A stretch of DNA of 64,000 nucleotides from Lama guanicoe (lineage: Eukaryota): assembly GCA_013239625.1 (NCBI GenBank), contig MU053934.1, forward strand, positions 11,815,559 to 11,879,558, in the 5' to 3' direction. The position numbers were made by a program, and so were the translations under genes. Every line of letters begins with the position of its first letter. Within the stretch, counting starts at the first letter, position 1. Below the pieces are notes generated by a model. That model did not search any database. It was not told the DNA's origin and saw only the letters and a list, made by a program, of their open reading frames with translations. This document shows positions 12,431 to 24,574 of the stretch, piece by piece.

Positions 12431-14177
12431 GTTAATTCCATGTGCTGAGAACCACTTAGCAGTTGTTACTGCATTTAGTGTGATGAAGGCACTATTTACT
12501 TTCTTAATGTACTGATGGAGGATGTGAAGCATGACAGCTTTTTTAATGTTACTTGTTTAAGGTTGCATAGCTTGACCAAGTGGTCCATCTCAAACACAAG
12601 CTGTCTGGCTTCACATCCCCTGCTTCCACTATGGATGAGCCAACCAGGAAAGGTGGTTGGTCAGAGACACCAAATTTCAAATAATTTGTACAATGAAAAC
12701 GCAGTGATTCCCTTCTGTGTGAGGCACCTCTGAGGACACCGTTCTGAGCCAGACCCTCAAAATCTCCAGACATAGACTGTCCACTAGGCAGTGAGAGAAG
12801 CAAACAAAGGCCCCGCCACATCCGCAAAGTGAACACCCCCCACCTCCCACACGCCCTCACCAGCCCCGGCAAAGCTTTCTCTGACCCCTTGGCACTGAGC
12901 ACTTGACCTTGCCCTTCCATGCTGAATCCACAATGCTACCATTCAGCATCCGCAGCACAAAGAGGGGTCACTGTGCTGCCTCCCCGACCAGGCTGTGGGG
13001 TCCTTGAGGGAGGGCCATGCACATGTGTCTCCATGTCTCCAGGGCCCAGCACAGGCCCTCGTGTCTCCCTTCTCCCATAGGAAGCACTGACCCAGCAGCT
13101 CTGCTGGGGGGAGGGGACCATGGCAAAGGCCCCCCTGGGGCTTCTCGTTGATCCGGGGCAACAGTAATCCAGTCGCTCTGTGCTTCTCGTGATAAATGCT
13201 ATGAGAAAGCTGTCACTCGCTAGGAGAGCTAATTATATCAAAGGTGAGAACACATGCTCCGAGAAGGAGACATCCAGAACATTCATTCCTGGGGGATGTG
13301 TCAGCGTCGGCAGCAAGGAGGACCACTGAGCCAGCACGCAAAACGTTGTGAAGGAGGGGAGGAAGGACCTCAGGAGTGGGGGATAACCCTTTAGGAAGTA
13401 CCCTGACCCCACCCCAAATCGCAGAGATTATCCAGCAGGGACCAGAGAAGACTGATTCTTCAGGGGCCCAGGTTTTGACCACACAACACAGATTTCCATC
13501 CCACGAGATCTGGGGCATGTAGATGAGCCCCCGTGCTTCTCGTCTCCTCCCTGCAAACCGGGTGCCATGATGTCCCCAACAGTGGAGACTCAACATGGAA
13601 ATTCATCCAAGGAGCATAGCCAGTGCCTGCATATGGTCATATTTCAGAAGATAAGGAGGTGAGGGAGCAGGAAGCAGGCATCTTGACCCCACTATGGGCT
13701 CGGCCCCAGCTTGGCTGGCCTTACTGGACAGGAGCAGCTGCACCAGTCTCTGGTGTTGCTGGACGAGACAGCTGGCATGATGCACCAGAGAGGCCAGCAC
13801 ATGGAGACACACCTCCACAGCCCCGTCCACTCCCGCGACCATGTCTCCATCTGTTTCATATTATCCCCAAAGTCACCATCAGGACCAGCCCCCAGGAGAG
13901 TGTGGGCTGATAAATGGAGGTGACTTCACGGGTCAAGACTGGCACTGGAGCCGGAGTCCTCGGTGGCCTCCTGGGCGGCACAGAAAGGCACTGTGCTCAG
14001 CCCGAGTGTCCACTCTGACACGCGGCACCCCACGTGGCTCTGCTTTGTCCCATGATGATTAGAAATGGATCAGGGGAAGGGGAAACATGCTTACTTCGGG
14101 GCCAGAAAGACAAGGCTGTGGATGTGGGCTCCATCCCATGCCTGTTGGACGAGTTTTGTTCTCTCCTCTGTCCACGT

Positions 14178-14280
14178 AATGATCCACAGATATTAATGGA
14201 GCAAACAGTGCACGTCAGTCCAGCACTGGCCAGTACACAAGACAGAAATGGCCCAGCCCTGGAGGACACACAGCCCCGGC
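14178..14280 (-). mobile_element. L2 LINE 3' end fragment
   Basis: atccacagatattaatggagca...cagcactgg...acaagacagaaatggcccagccctggagg resembles the antisense L2 tail. Confidence 0.5.
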
Positions 14281-14839
14281 AGGGGCCACGCAGTGACCCA
14301 ACAGCAAGCAATGCGATGAGCACGCCCCCCGGCGGGGCTGAGCCCTGCTCCTAGAGGAAACCTGATGTTCTCTGGGTGCACAGAAGCTAAGAAGGCGGGG
14401 GAAGGTCAGGGCGAAATAGACGAAGACCCCGCCGGGGGAGCGGGGAATCCGAGGGACTGAACAGCGGGCGACAAGGGCGAGCGAGGCCAGAGAGAACAGC
14501 AGGGCTGTCGGTGCTGTTGGTAGAACAGAGCAGAGAAGGGGGCTTGGTGGAGGGGAGAGAAAAATGAATTCAAAGGTCAGGTTTTATTTGAACATGCTCC
14601 CTCCACCCGCAGTGAGGAGACTGGACTTGAAAGATGCGAGACACATCACCACTAATGAATATGCACACTGAAGACAAGGCCACAAGTCTTCCTCCCCCCA
14701 GCCACCCCACCTCCCCAGCCAGCCTGCAGCACAGGTGGCCCCATAACCAGCTCTGGTTACTGGGACCTGAAGGCAAGTCTACAGGGATCTTCCAGAGAGC
14801 ACTGATTGCCTGTTTTTCTGAGGAAAGACCTAGAGGGAG

Positions 14840-15060
14840 CCCAGGCTGCCTCCTCCCTCCTGGAACATGGCTGTGATGCCTGGTGGTGTGGCAGCCATCT
14901 TACCACCATGAAGCTGCCAGCAAGAGGAAAACACGAGAGCAGATCAGGAAGAGAGAAAGGGTGGGCCCCTTATCCTGTGGGACCCCCAGATGCCTTGGTT
15001 GCCTAAGTCCTTGCTATTCAAGCTGTCTGTTCTTGAGGGAAAGTGCTCACTAACTGATTT
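14840..15060 (+). mobile_element. Old MLT1 (J/K-like) LTR 3' fragment
   Basis: tgtgatgcctggtggtgtggcagccatcttaccaccatga and terminal ctaactgat are typical of older MLT1 LTRs. Confidence 0.6.
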
Positions 15061-15072
15061 AAGCCTTTCCTC

Positions 15073-15541
15073 TGCCGACTGAAATAAATGGACACAATGT
15101 GAGAGCTGTGAGTCTCAGTGTTGTTTGAGGACGTCCTGAGGACTACAGCCCAGGAGGCAGCATCTCAGAAAGCTCCGAGCAATGGCTCCAAAGAGGTGGG
15201 GGAGGTCAGCAGACAGTGATTTTGGAGAAGGGGGATTCATGGAACCACACACACACATCTTGGTGGAAGGTCGCTGCTAGCCTCCAGGAACAGACACCTT
15301 AGCTAAAGATTTCAGTGCTTGTTTAAGTATGGGAAGATGCAAGAGCTGGAGTTCATAAAATCTTCTCCTGAAAATACCCAACTGTCTGAAGGCCTGATCT
15401 GCCAGTGTTCCCAGGGCACAGAGCCTCATTCCCGCCCTCCACCCCGAGCTCCTTCCAGCGTGTGTTGAAGGTCAGCAAATGCGATGACCACTGACCTAGC
15501 CCTTGTAGCGCCGGCTGGCTAGTGGCGTTCTGTAGTTGGCA
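15073..15541 (-). mobile_element. ERV1-like solo LTR (cetartiodactyl type)
   Basis: TG...CA ends with an 8-bp near-perfect terminal inverted repeat (TGCCGACT/AGTTGGCA); flanks cctc/cttc (4-bp TSD, 1 mismatch); internal agcccaggaggcagcatctcag and tatgggaagatgcaagag match recalled artiodactyl ERV1 LTRs. Confidence 0.8.
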
Positions 15542-15705
15542 CTTCCAATGGGCCAAATAAGGTCACAAAGGGCTCCCTCGTGCCTTCCCTGAGGACTCGA
15601 CTGGGCCCCTTCAGCCTGCCCGCTGCTGCGTTCCTGGAAGCTGCTGGACACAGAGGTGGCCGGGGTTCAGGCAGGCAGGCACCCCTAAGACAGCATACCC
15701 CCAGT

Positions 15706-15855
15706 CAGCTTTCTCTCCAGGGTGACTGTGCTCCAGGGGCCGTGGGGCAGTGTCTGCAGACACTTCTCACTGTCGACTGAGAGGTGACCCTGGCATCCAG
15801 TGGGTAGAGGCCAGGGCCGCCTCCACCCCAACGGTCACAGTGCCGAGAAGCCCGG
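15706..15855 (+). mobile_element. MER20 (hAT-Charlie DNA transposon), internally deleted
   Basis: ggcagtgtctgcagacac...ctggcatccagtgggtagaggccaggg...gagaagccc matches recalled MER20 consensus with the central part missing. Confidence 0.75.
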
Positions 15856-16739
15856 CCCTAAATTATGTAGGTGAGGCACTGCATGGTGCTGAGACAGGAG
15901 GGCGGAGGCTGGTGGCAGCCAGTAAAAGAGTGGCACAGCCACTGAGGACACAACAGAAACTGGCTGCAACCAAGACAGCGGGAGAGTCAGCTCCCGGCAG
16001 ACCCTGACCTTCATTATACGCTCACTGTAATGTATCAGCTGCTCAGAGGCACTCCCACACGCGCCACGACCGCTTCAAGGCTGCCCACAAAAGGCCAGAA
16101 CGCAGGCGAGGGCACAATTCCTGGAGATCCCCGACCCTTCTCCAAAACAGCTGGAATGATCCTCCCACGTGTTAACCTATAAAACAGCCGCCCAGAAAGA
16201 AGAGCTGTTTCCCAGCCCCTAAGACAAAACCCTGCTCTGTGGGGACGGTACCTGGCGCCCCGGCAGGCTCTGGGTGGGCTCGGAGTTGAGAAGCAATGTG
16301 AGTTCCTCACCGCGTCCATGCAGAGAAGGGTCCCGGCCTGAGCAATCTGCTGGCTAGTCAGTGAGGCGGCCTGAGGCGGTGACTATTTCAAACACCGAAT
16401 CAGGGACTCCCCAGATCTGCCCTGTCCCTCACGTTTCCTTAATTTAAAGAAAGAAGGTGATGTCATTAACCAAAACCTATGCACATGTTCCCAGAGGACC
16501 GCTCTGCGAGGCCCCTGTGGCCCAGCCCGCAGCCCCGCCGGAATAGAGCCACAGCCCTGGGCCTCCCGGCGCTCCCGGAACCTGCTGTCCTGTCACCCAG
16601 CGAGCCTGTGAACAGGAACAAAAGGAAACACTAAACTGTGCTCTCGGGGGGGCTGGCGTGTACTGGGGCGCTTCAGAGATGAGATCTCAGAACGTGAGAG
16701 GTCGGCGGAGACTGCCGGGGACTCCACGCGCAGAACGTG

Positions 16740-17600
16740 TCAGGATTGTATTACCATTTGGCCATTGATGTTTCACAGGTCCTTTGCCTTCACAATTACT
16801 CATAATTCCATTTTGGAATCATTAGGGAAAGGAATGGATTTTGACTCAGTTACAGCAGAGACATGACATCTTTGTCAACAGAGATGGCTGATAAATTGCA
16901 CGTGCGTCTCCGTAGCCTCTCTGAGCGTGAGGAACCATCCGCTTCGTGCCTGCACGCACTCCCCCGACACCAAACTGTGACTCGACTGACGATTAGAGAG
17001 TGTAGAGTCAAGACTGCGCAATTTCTAAAGTTAAAAAAAAAAGAAAGGAAAGCCAGGCACTTTAGCACTCCCCGGCGTCCCTCACAATCCACCCCACGTC
17101 TCAGCCAGCGCACCGGAGGTCGGGCCAGCGGCTGCCGGCCACTCCGGCCCCAGTCTCTAAATCCAAGCCAGATCACACAGGCCCCGTGAACACAAGTGCT
17201 TCTGAGCCAGAGGTTCAGAGTAATTGCATCAGCGGCCCGGCCATTCCAGATGTTTGGGGATCCGGGATAAATGAAAAAGAGACGGCCTGCAAAGCGATCC
17301 CCGGCGCTCCATTCGGGCTGTGCTGAGCCGGCCGTTTCATCTGCGTGACTTAGCAGAAGGAAGTTTGCACTGATGTGTAAATAGTGATGCAAGTAGCTTC
17401 CGCTGGAAAACAAAGGCGGGCGGGAGAGCCCCGTCATATTTCACAGCCCTTTGATGACAGTGGCTGCTGTCAGAAAACACAACAGCAATTATCCTGGACC
17501 CACAATTTGAATAGCTCTGCCGCGAGGGCTTCAGGAATAACGCCGAACAATGGAGTTACGTCGTCCTTTGCATACGGCGTTCTCATCTGAAGGTGCGCTC
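16740..17600. promoter_or_regulatory. Candidate enhancer / conserved non-coding element
   Basis: Non-repeat, relatively AT-rich; AP-1 TGACTCA 16842-16848, TCF/LEF CCTTTGAT 17448-17455, inverted TGACAG-N6-CTGTCA 17455-17472, FOX TGTAAATA and SOX AACAAAG/AACAATG words. Confidence 0.4.
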
Positions 17601-18198
17601 CGAGTTTACTGGGCACTTTCATCAGCCCTCGGTGACTGACTTCTGGAGGTCTGGCATGCGCGTCTTGTAGAGGGAGGGAAGGCCTTCAGCAGAGAGGACT
17701 CTGAGGGCATGAAGATAACGGTGCCGCCGTTTCAGAGGCTGCAGGGAAGGACGGTCCTGAGTGCACACGTTGATGGTGTTAGGGGACACAGGAGATGTCC
17801 CCGGCATGCTCAAAACTCGGGGGGAGACCAGACGACCCCGGCACCTCTTGGGCGCAACTCCGCGAGGGGGCCTGTCAGTCTGGCTGCATGGAAGGCTCTG
17901 TGGAGCCAAGCACGGGGGAGGCTCTGGTGTGATGAACACGTCGCTTCAAACTTGTGCTCTTGACCTACTTCCCGTGCCAGCTGCTGGTGGGAGGTGGCAG
18001 ATAAAGACACGCCACCTCAGTGCGCCTCGGAGCCCGGCTCCTCGGCGTGCGCCGCACAGACCCACAGCCCAGCACGGCCAGGAGCCTGCCGGAGCCGCGC
18101 AGGCTCGGGCCTCTGGGTCGGACCTGCCGAACCAGGCCCTGCACGGAAGGAAGTCCAGGTGGTCGAGGAGCACTGCTCTACACTAGCGAAAGCTGCAG

Positions 18199-18751
18199 TG
18201 TTACCAGAAATGAGAAACACGTCTTCCTGACGTAGGAGAAAGAAGTGTCACATCCTGGGACGCGCATGAGTCCCCGGGACGGGTGCCAAGGGGGTGCCTC
18301 CTGAGGAAAGAATTCAAGAGTGAGCTGAGGCGGAGTGAAAGCAGATTTATTCAAAGGGATGCACAGCCAGAGACAGAGTGGGGACCGTCCCAGAGACAGA
18401 GTGTGGACCGTCCCAGGGCGGGGGGCCCGGCCCAGGGCTGTCAGCGTCTGAGGTCTGGGGAATGTCGCTCGCTAGTGAGCCGGAGGGGCATTCCTGCTGT
18501 TCTGGGGGAGGGGCTGGGCCGCTGCCCACATTTGGGTCCTTTGTGGTCATCCCTGGAACTGTCATGGTGCCTGTCCTGCGGGAGGGGAATAAGTTTCAGT
18601 ATTAAAATGAAGGAACGATGCGTCGATGACCAGATCATGCTTGGCGCCACCTTTAACTGGCTCCAGCCAATTGGTGTCATAGCCTGCTTCTCTCAGTGAC
18701 TGTGCCCCCCTCCTCATTTTTTGAACAGTGGTGCCCTCCCTTCCTGTCTCA
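18199..18751 (-). mobile_element. ERV1-like solo LTR (second family)
   Basis: Minus strand starts TGAGACAGGAAGGG; minus-strand AATAAA at 18346-18351; ggaaagaattcaagagtgagc...agtgaaagcagatttatt is typical of ERV1 R/U5; 23-bp tandem duplication at 18367-18412. No clean TSD found. Confidence 0.7.
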
Positions 18752-19559
18752 TACCTGGAATCCTGTCTCCCATATGGGCACATTTGGGTACGTCTTTGAG
18801 CTCCGAGTCTGATGACAGAATATTTATTCTCACTACGTCCGATGAAACCTGATATTTTCTGTTCCACTCCATTTCCTGCTGTTTGACTTTAAAATACCAG
18901 TCACAACCCGCCACACGGGCCTCATGATCAAATCCTGGTAACCGTGGTTTTACAAGCTGCGCTCTGAAATTTATTCTGGCAGCATGAATATCTGGGTTGC
19001 CTCCTGAAGAAAAAGTCCAGACAAAATCATTTTTATAATGTGTTAAGTGCATCCATGGAGAGACAAAAAGCAGGCCATCCCTTAGCCGAGCGGGGACAAG
19101 GACAAGAGAGGTGGACAGAGCACTAGAGACGGTCTTCACCTTGAGGTCGTCTGTGGTGAACTTGAACTTCAATATTCATGGCCTCTCAAACGAAACAAAG
19201 CCCAGAACCTTCCTGAGGTGGGAACACTCCAAGGGCCCCCCGGGGAACACCTCTCAGAACACAGGGCAAAGACAGACAACGCCGCCGCCAGTCCCCCGGG
19301 AGACAGCGTGGGGGAGCGCCAGGCCCCGCACTGGTGCCAGGAGAGGAAGTTCTCCTCTCGGGATTCTTAACCAAAAGCCACTCCGACGTGGATTATCAAC
19401 CCTCCTCATACTCACTGTGTGATCCAAATAAAATGTCAGCCCAGCATCCAGTGGAGAGAGGTCCTGGAAGGCCTCACGCTCCAAATCCCGAAAGACTCAA
19501 ACCCAGATCTGCGCTGGCAGCAGCCGTGGGCACCCAGGGCTAAGGGACGTTTCACAGGG

Positions 19560-21240
19560 AGAGCTTCCGGGGCAGTGCACCGTTCGCTGTGAAAGAGATA
19601 ACGGGGTGGACAAAGAAACAGGAGACAGTGAGCAAAAGATGGCAGAGAAAGAGTATTAAAGGAAAACAAAGAAACCAGAAATGGATAAAAGACCCAAACC
19701 AGTAATACGTTCCCAAAAACAGAGAGAGACTAACGAAGGTGAACAATGAAGAGCAGGCTTTTCAGAAGCCAAACACAGAGAGTTTGCACCAATGGACTCT
19801 TTCTTAAAGAAGTTAGGTATACATTTCACATAGAAGGACAGCATTGCCGGACGAAGGTCTGAAATTAAACAAGGGTGAAGCAGAAAGAAATTGGAAAATA
19901 TGAGATAAATGTAATTAACTATGAAAACTATAATAATCTTGTTATGTTATTTAAAAAGGGAATATTAAATTTATAACAGTTACAGTAAATAAGTCAGAGA
20001 GGTGATTACAATATTCTGTGGTCTTTGTAATACATGGAGAAGGTTACGAAGATTAGCTAGTGTTATGCGTGGATGAATTAAATGTAGGAATGGTAATATT
20101 CGTGGACTAATCACTAAAATAATAGAAACATAATGTACGTTGTCAGAATTGTCAGAGAAAAATTTGAAAGAGGAAAACAAATCAATGCAGAATAAAACAA
20201 GAAAGGAGAGGAATAAAGAGCAAAGAAAGATCAGAAAAAGAACACAATATGAGAGTGATCATAAGTCCAGATGCATTACTGATTAAAACCAATGCACTAG
20301 AATAAAAGCTCATTTAAAAGGCAAAGACAATCAGATCAGCTCTAGTAAGAGCCAACTATATTGCACTTGCAAGTAAAAGGAAATCATAAGGGCACAGGAA
20401 AACTGAAAGGTAAGTAGATGTGCAATTAGTCTAATTATATCAATATGGGAATCAGATACACCGCAAGTCAAAGGCATTATAAGAAATAAGGAGGGCTACA
20501 TCCGCTGAAATGTTTAACTCCTAGAGAAGTCACGTTTGAAAATCTGTGTGCACCTCCTCATGTGGCCTCCAAGTGTGTGAAGCAAAATGAAGTCACAGTC
20601 ACAGGAGCACCACTCTCAGTAGCTGACAGAACGGGCAGAAGGACAATCTGCACCAAAACGAAAGATCTGAGGAATGCGGTTAGCAAGCTATTCCCCAAAA
20701 CCGAAGAAGACACGTTTTCACATTATTTTAAAACACACCAAGAATATTAGTGGAAGTAACCACTCCCTCCAAAATCCCAAATTTGGCAAATGTACACATG
20801 CAAGGCGTCAGTGAGCCACAAGCAGGAGAAATAAAAATGAGGCACCAATAAGACGCAACAAAATCAAATAATTAAAATCGAAGGACAAATAGCATCTTGC
20901 AAATAGAGAAAAATAATACATTTCTTTCATAGGAACAGACACATGAAAGACAGCTGACTTCCCATAAGAACCACCAGAGACCAGGAGACAATGGAAAATG
21001 TCAGCCCATGAATCTATATATAAAAAAAATAAATAAACTTCATAAGTAAAGGTGAAGTAAAGATATTTGTACATGAATCAAAACTGAGAAAATTCATTGC
21101 AAGTAGGCTTTCACTACAAGACGTGATGTAAATGGTCAACTCAGATCCACATAAAAGAAAAAAACCACCAGAAATGCCAGCTATGCGGGCAAACATAGAA
21201 GAATAAAAAGTGAATAAAGATGTGTACATGTATGCATCTA
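19560..21240 (+). mobile_element. Old LINE-1 fragments (ORF1 end, inter-ORF, ORF2 endonuclease start, second ORF1 piece)
   Basis: Strongly A-rich + strand; endonuclease-like catttaaaaggcaaagacaatcaga...ccaactatattgcacttgcaag; ORF1-like acagctgacttc...aaaggtgaagtaaagatattt...aaaactgagaaaattcattgcaagtagg. Confidence 0.7.
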
Positions 21241-21244
21241 TACA

Positions 21245-21881
21245 TGTGCTGGGGGATCTCTGAAACCCCTTGGGCTTGGTGATTCACTAGAAAGTCTCCC
21301 AGGACTCAGAAACACTGTATGCTCATGGTGACACTTTATCACATCAAAAGGAGACAGATGAACATGAGTGTAGGAGGAGGTGGCTGGGCAGAGGCTAGGA
21401 GGCCGGGCGCGAGCTCCCAGGCGTCCCCGCAGTGGGTTGCCTGGACTGTGCTCGCCTACGTCTCCCAGCAAGGATGTGGGACACACACAGAGCTGCCAAC
21501 CAGGGAAACTCACCCAAGCCTTTGTGTCCAGGAGTCGTTACCGGGGGTCAGGCTCCTCGGCGTGAAACACCCACACGACTGACCCCAGCTACTCAGTCTC
21601 CGGTCCCCCGGAGGTCACAGTGATGTGGTGTCGCCCAGGGCTGTAGGCATGCCAAAACAGGCATCCGCCTGAGTCACGTTGTCAGCATAAACCGTCAAGT
21701 CAAACAGAGCCAGTGGGGCTTGCAACTTCAGATGCACAAAAATACTCATGTTAGGCAGGATATTCCAGCGTTCAGAGGTTACCCCCACGGAGCTGGTCAA
21801 AATTTAGCCCCGAAGACAGTGCCTTCCTGGGAATGTGTGGGGCTTGAGCCACTCAGACCTGCTGAGTCACTATTTCCTGCA
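21245..21881 (-). mobile_element. MER21 (MER21C-like) LTR inserted in L1
   Basis: Collinear with recalled MER21 consensus: tgattcactagaa, gccaaccagggaaactcacccaagcc, ctactcagtctcc, aggcaggatattcca, ggaatgtg, cctgctgagt; TG...CA ends. Confidence 0.85.
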
Positions 21882-21889
21882 TGGTATAT

Positions 21890-22895
21890 TGATGTATAAA
21901 AGTAGGTACATACAATTTCTTTTCTTTCCTTAGTTTATTTAAAAGACACAGAATAGTTTAAATCAAAAAAAAAATGTGTCTATGAGGTTTACAAGTCCTA
22001 AACCACGACAGCACAGAGGACTGTACATTACACAAGTCATACCGTGTGAACTCTGAACAGACTGTGGTAGGTTAAAGACGCACATCCAGAGCAACCATTT
22101 CACATTATGCAAAACAGGTACAAAAATCACAAGACAAGAATCAAAAAGGCCAGGAAACAAAGACCCCACAGATAGAACAGGAGGAAGAAAAACTGAATTC
22201 ACAGATGTCATGATCGTTATTAATATAGAAAAAAGTAGGGGATCAAAATATTTTACTAAAATTAATAAATGAATTTATCCAGGATTCAAGGTCAATATAC
22301 AAAAATAAATTGTATTTCTATACACTAGCAGAAAATAAATTAAAGATAAAGTCTTTACAACAAATCCTGTTTACAATAATGTCAAAAAACATGCAATTCT
22401 TGGAAACAGATTTAACAAAAGACGTGCAAAACTACACTGAAAACTACATAAGCTGATGAGAAATTAAACATCTAAACAAATGAAGAGAGTTTTGGGATTG
22501 GATGGCTAAATATTTTTAAGTTGTCAACCTTCCCTAAATTGACCTCTAGATTCAGTATAATCACAAATAGATTCTCAACACCATTTCTCAATATAAAAAT
22601 CAAAACCTTGGTTCTAAATTCTATGGAAATTTAAGAATCTTGAAAAATCAAACAACTTATATAACAGAACAATGCTGGGCCTCACACATGCTGCTTTAGG
22701 GCTCACAGAGGCAGGAAGTAAATAATGTACAAGGATAAGGGGGGACAAACAGGTGAGTAGGACAAACAGAACAGAGTCTGGGAATGGGCTGACAACTACA
22801 GGGCCAACTGGCTTCTTCGGCAAAAGCATCAAAGGAAACACCGCCGAGGAGCGGTGCTCAGGTACCTGGGCGTCCACACCGGACAAGAAAGAAGA
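21890..22895 (+). mobile_element. Old LINE-1 ORF2 reverse-transcriptase remnant
   Basis: 22198 translates FTDVMIV (decayed FADDMIV catalytic motif); 22282 translates GFKVNIQK*IVFLYTS (L1 GYKINVQKS..FLYT motif); stops and frameshifts present. Confidence 0.85.
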
Positions 22896-24570
22896 AGGCC
22901 TGCACGGGAGTTGCTGTGAAGTCCTCAGCCCCGTCCTGCACGACAACAAGAAGAGCTGAGCAAACTGAAAATCAGCGATTCTTCTTAGACCCATCAGAGA
23001 ACTGAGGTCCTAAACCTGGAGAGACAGACAGGCAGACACAAAGGACCGCGGCGCAACGGGAGCGCGAGCCCACGAGCCGAATGGGAGCGACGCGTGCCTT
23101 TCGTGGACTCGTTAGTAGACGGGACACAGTGGAGGGAAAAATCAGTCAGGCTGAAGACATGGCAATAGAAGTGTCCCAGACTGAAAGGTGAAGGGGAAAA
23201 GCAGAATACCCAAGAACCGTGCGGCGATCGTGAAAGACACAGCACAGCTTTAACGGGAGCACCACAAGAAGAGAGAACGATAAAAGCAGTTATTTGAAAC
23301 AACGACTGAAAATTTTCCAAAATTAGTGACACACGCCAAGTCACAGACCCAGGAAACTCAGGGACTCCCAAGCAGGATAAGTACCAGGAAATCTGTACCA
23401 AACAGCAAAAGCTCGAAGGCCAGGAGGAAACCCTGAAGCCGATTTGCAGGGGGTGGGGGAGGGCGGGTAAGGAAAAGACTTACCTCAGACGGCGCTTCAG
23501 AAATGCTGCCAACGAGAAGCGAGGGAACCAAAATATTTTAAATGTTGGGGGGAGAAAAGAATTCTGTATCCAGTAAAATCATCTTGCAAAAATAAAGGAG
23601 AAATAGACTTTACCAGACAAACAAAACTTGAGTGAATTTACTATGAGTAGACCTGCCTTGCAAGAAAAGGTTTTAAAAATTCTTCAGAGAAAAACAGAAA
23701 AATTACATAGGTCAGAAACTTGGATCTACATAAAGAACCTTAAAGAAGGAATAAACGAAAGTAAAATGAACTGACTGCTTTTTCTTATGTTAATTGATGC
23801 AGAAGATAATAATTTGTTCGACAGTAACGGCAACAACGCAGTCAGCGATCGTAGCTTAAGCACGAGGGAGAAGGGCGAGCACCCCAGGCCCGGAGGGGGG
23901 AGCCGGCGGCGCCGTGACGAGGACGCACACTGTCTGTGAGTGGCCTCGCGCTGCTCCGCAGGTGGACTTGAGTTATCTGTAAACTCTAAAAAGAATTTTA
24001 AGTGTGATTGATATGCTGAGAGGAGAGAAAATGGAATCCTGTAAAATGCTCAGTTAAAGTCAGAGAAGGCAGGAAAAGAGAGTGGAAAGCAAGAAAAAGA
24101 AGCAAAGAAGAAGGGCAGCTAGAGAAACAGGGACAAGTGTGGCAGATGTTAATCCAAATGTGTTAACAGTGACTTTAAACATCAACCATCTAAATGCATC
24201 AATTGTGAAACAGACTATCAGAGTGTGTTAAAAAAAAAGAAGAAGAAGGGGGAAGTGAGACCCAGCTGTATGTTGTCCACAAGAAACTCACTTCCTCCAG
24301 AAACACACAGTGGATTAAAAGTAAAGGAGTAGAGAAAGGCCACACTAACATGAATCAGAAGAGAACTGGAGCAGGTGTATTAATTCCAGGCAGAGCAAAC
24401 TTGACAGCAGGAAAAAAATCGTGGGAGACAAAGAGGGACATTGCATAACGGTAAAGGGGTCGATTCTCCTGGAAGTCTTGACAGCCCGTAACAGGGACGC
24501 ACCTGGCAACGCAGCCTCCAAACGCACCAGGCGAGATCTGGGAGAACCGCAGAGACAGACGGGGAAAACG
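22896..24570 (+). mobile_element. Nested old LINE-1 5' portion (5'UTR, ORF1, ORF2 endonuclease start)
   Basis: 5'UTR-like aaactgaaaatcagcgattcttcttagacccatcagagaactgaggtc; ORF1-like tgaaaattttccaaaatt...cagacccaggaaactcag; endonuclease-like gacccagctgtatgttgtccacaagaaactcactt. Confidence 0.75.
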
Positions 24571-24574
24571 CGTT

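Noticed and set aside
11798..12532. Poly-His, poly-Thr/Ile, Pro/Ser and Met/Val ORFs
   Set aside because: By-product of the trinucleotide repeat; no unique coding flanks or splice context.
15073..18751. Two LTRs as the ends of one provirus
   Set aside because: The LTRs are not similar to each other and no gag/pol/env remnants lie between them.
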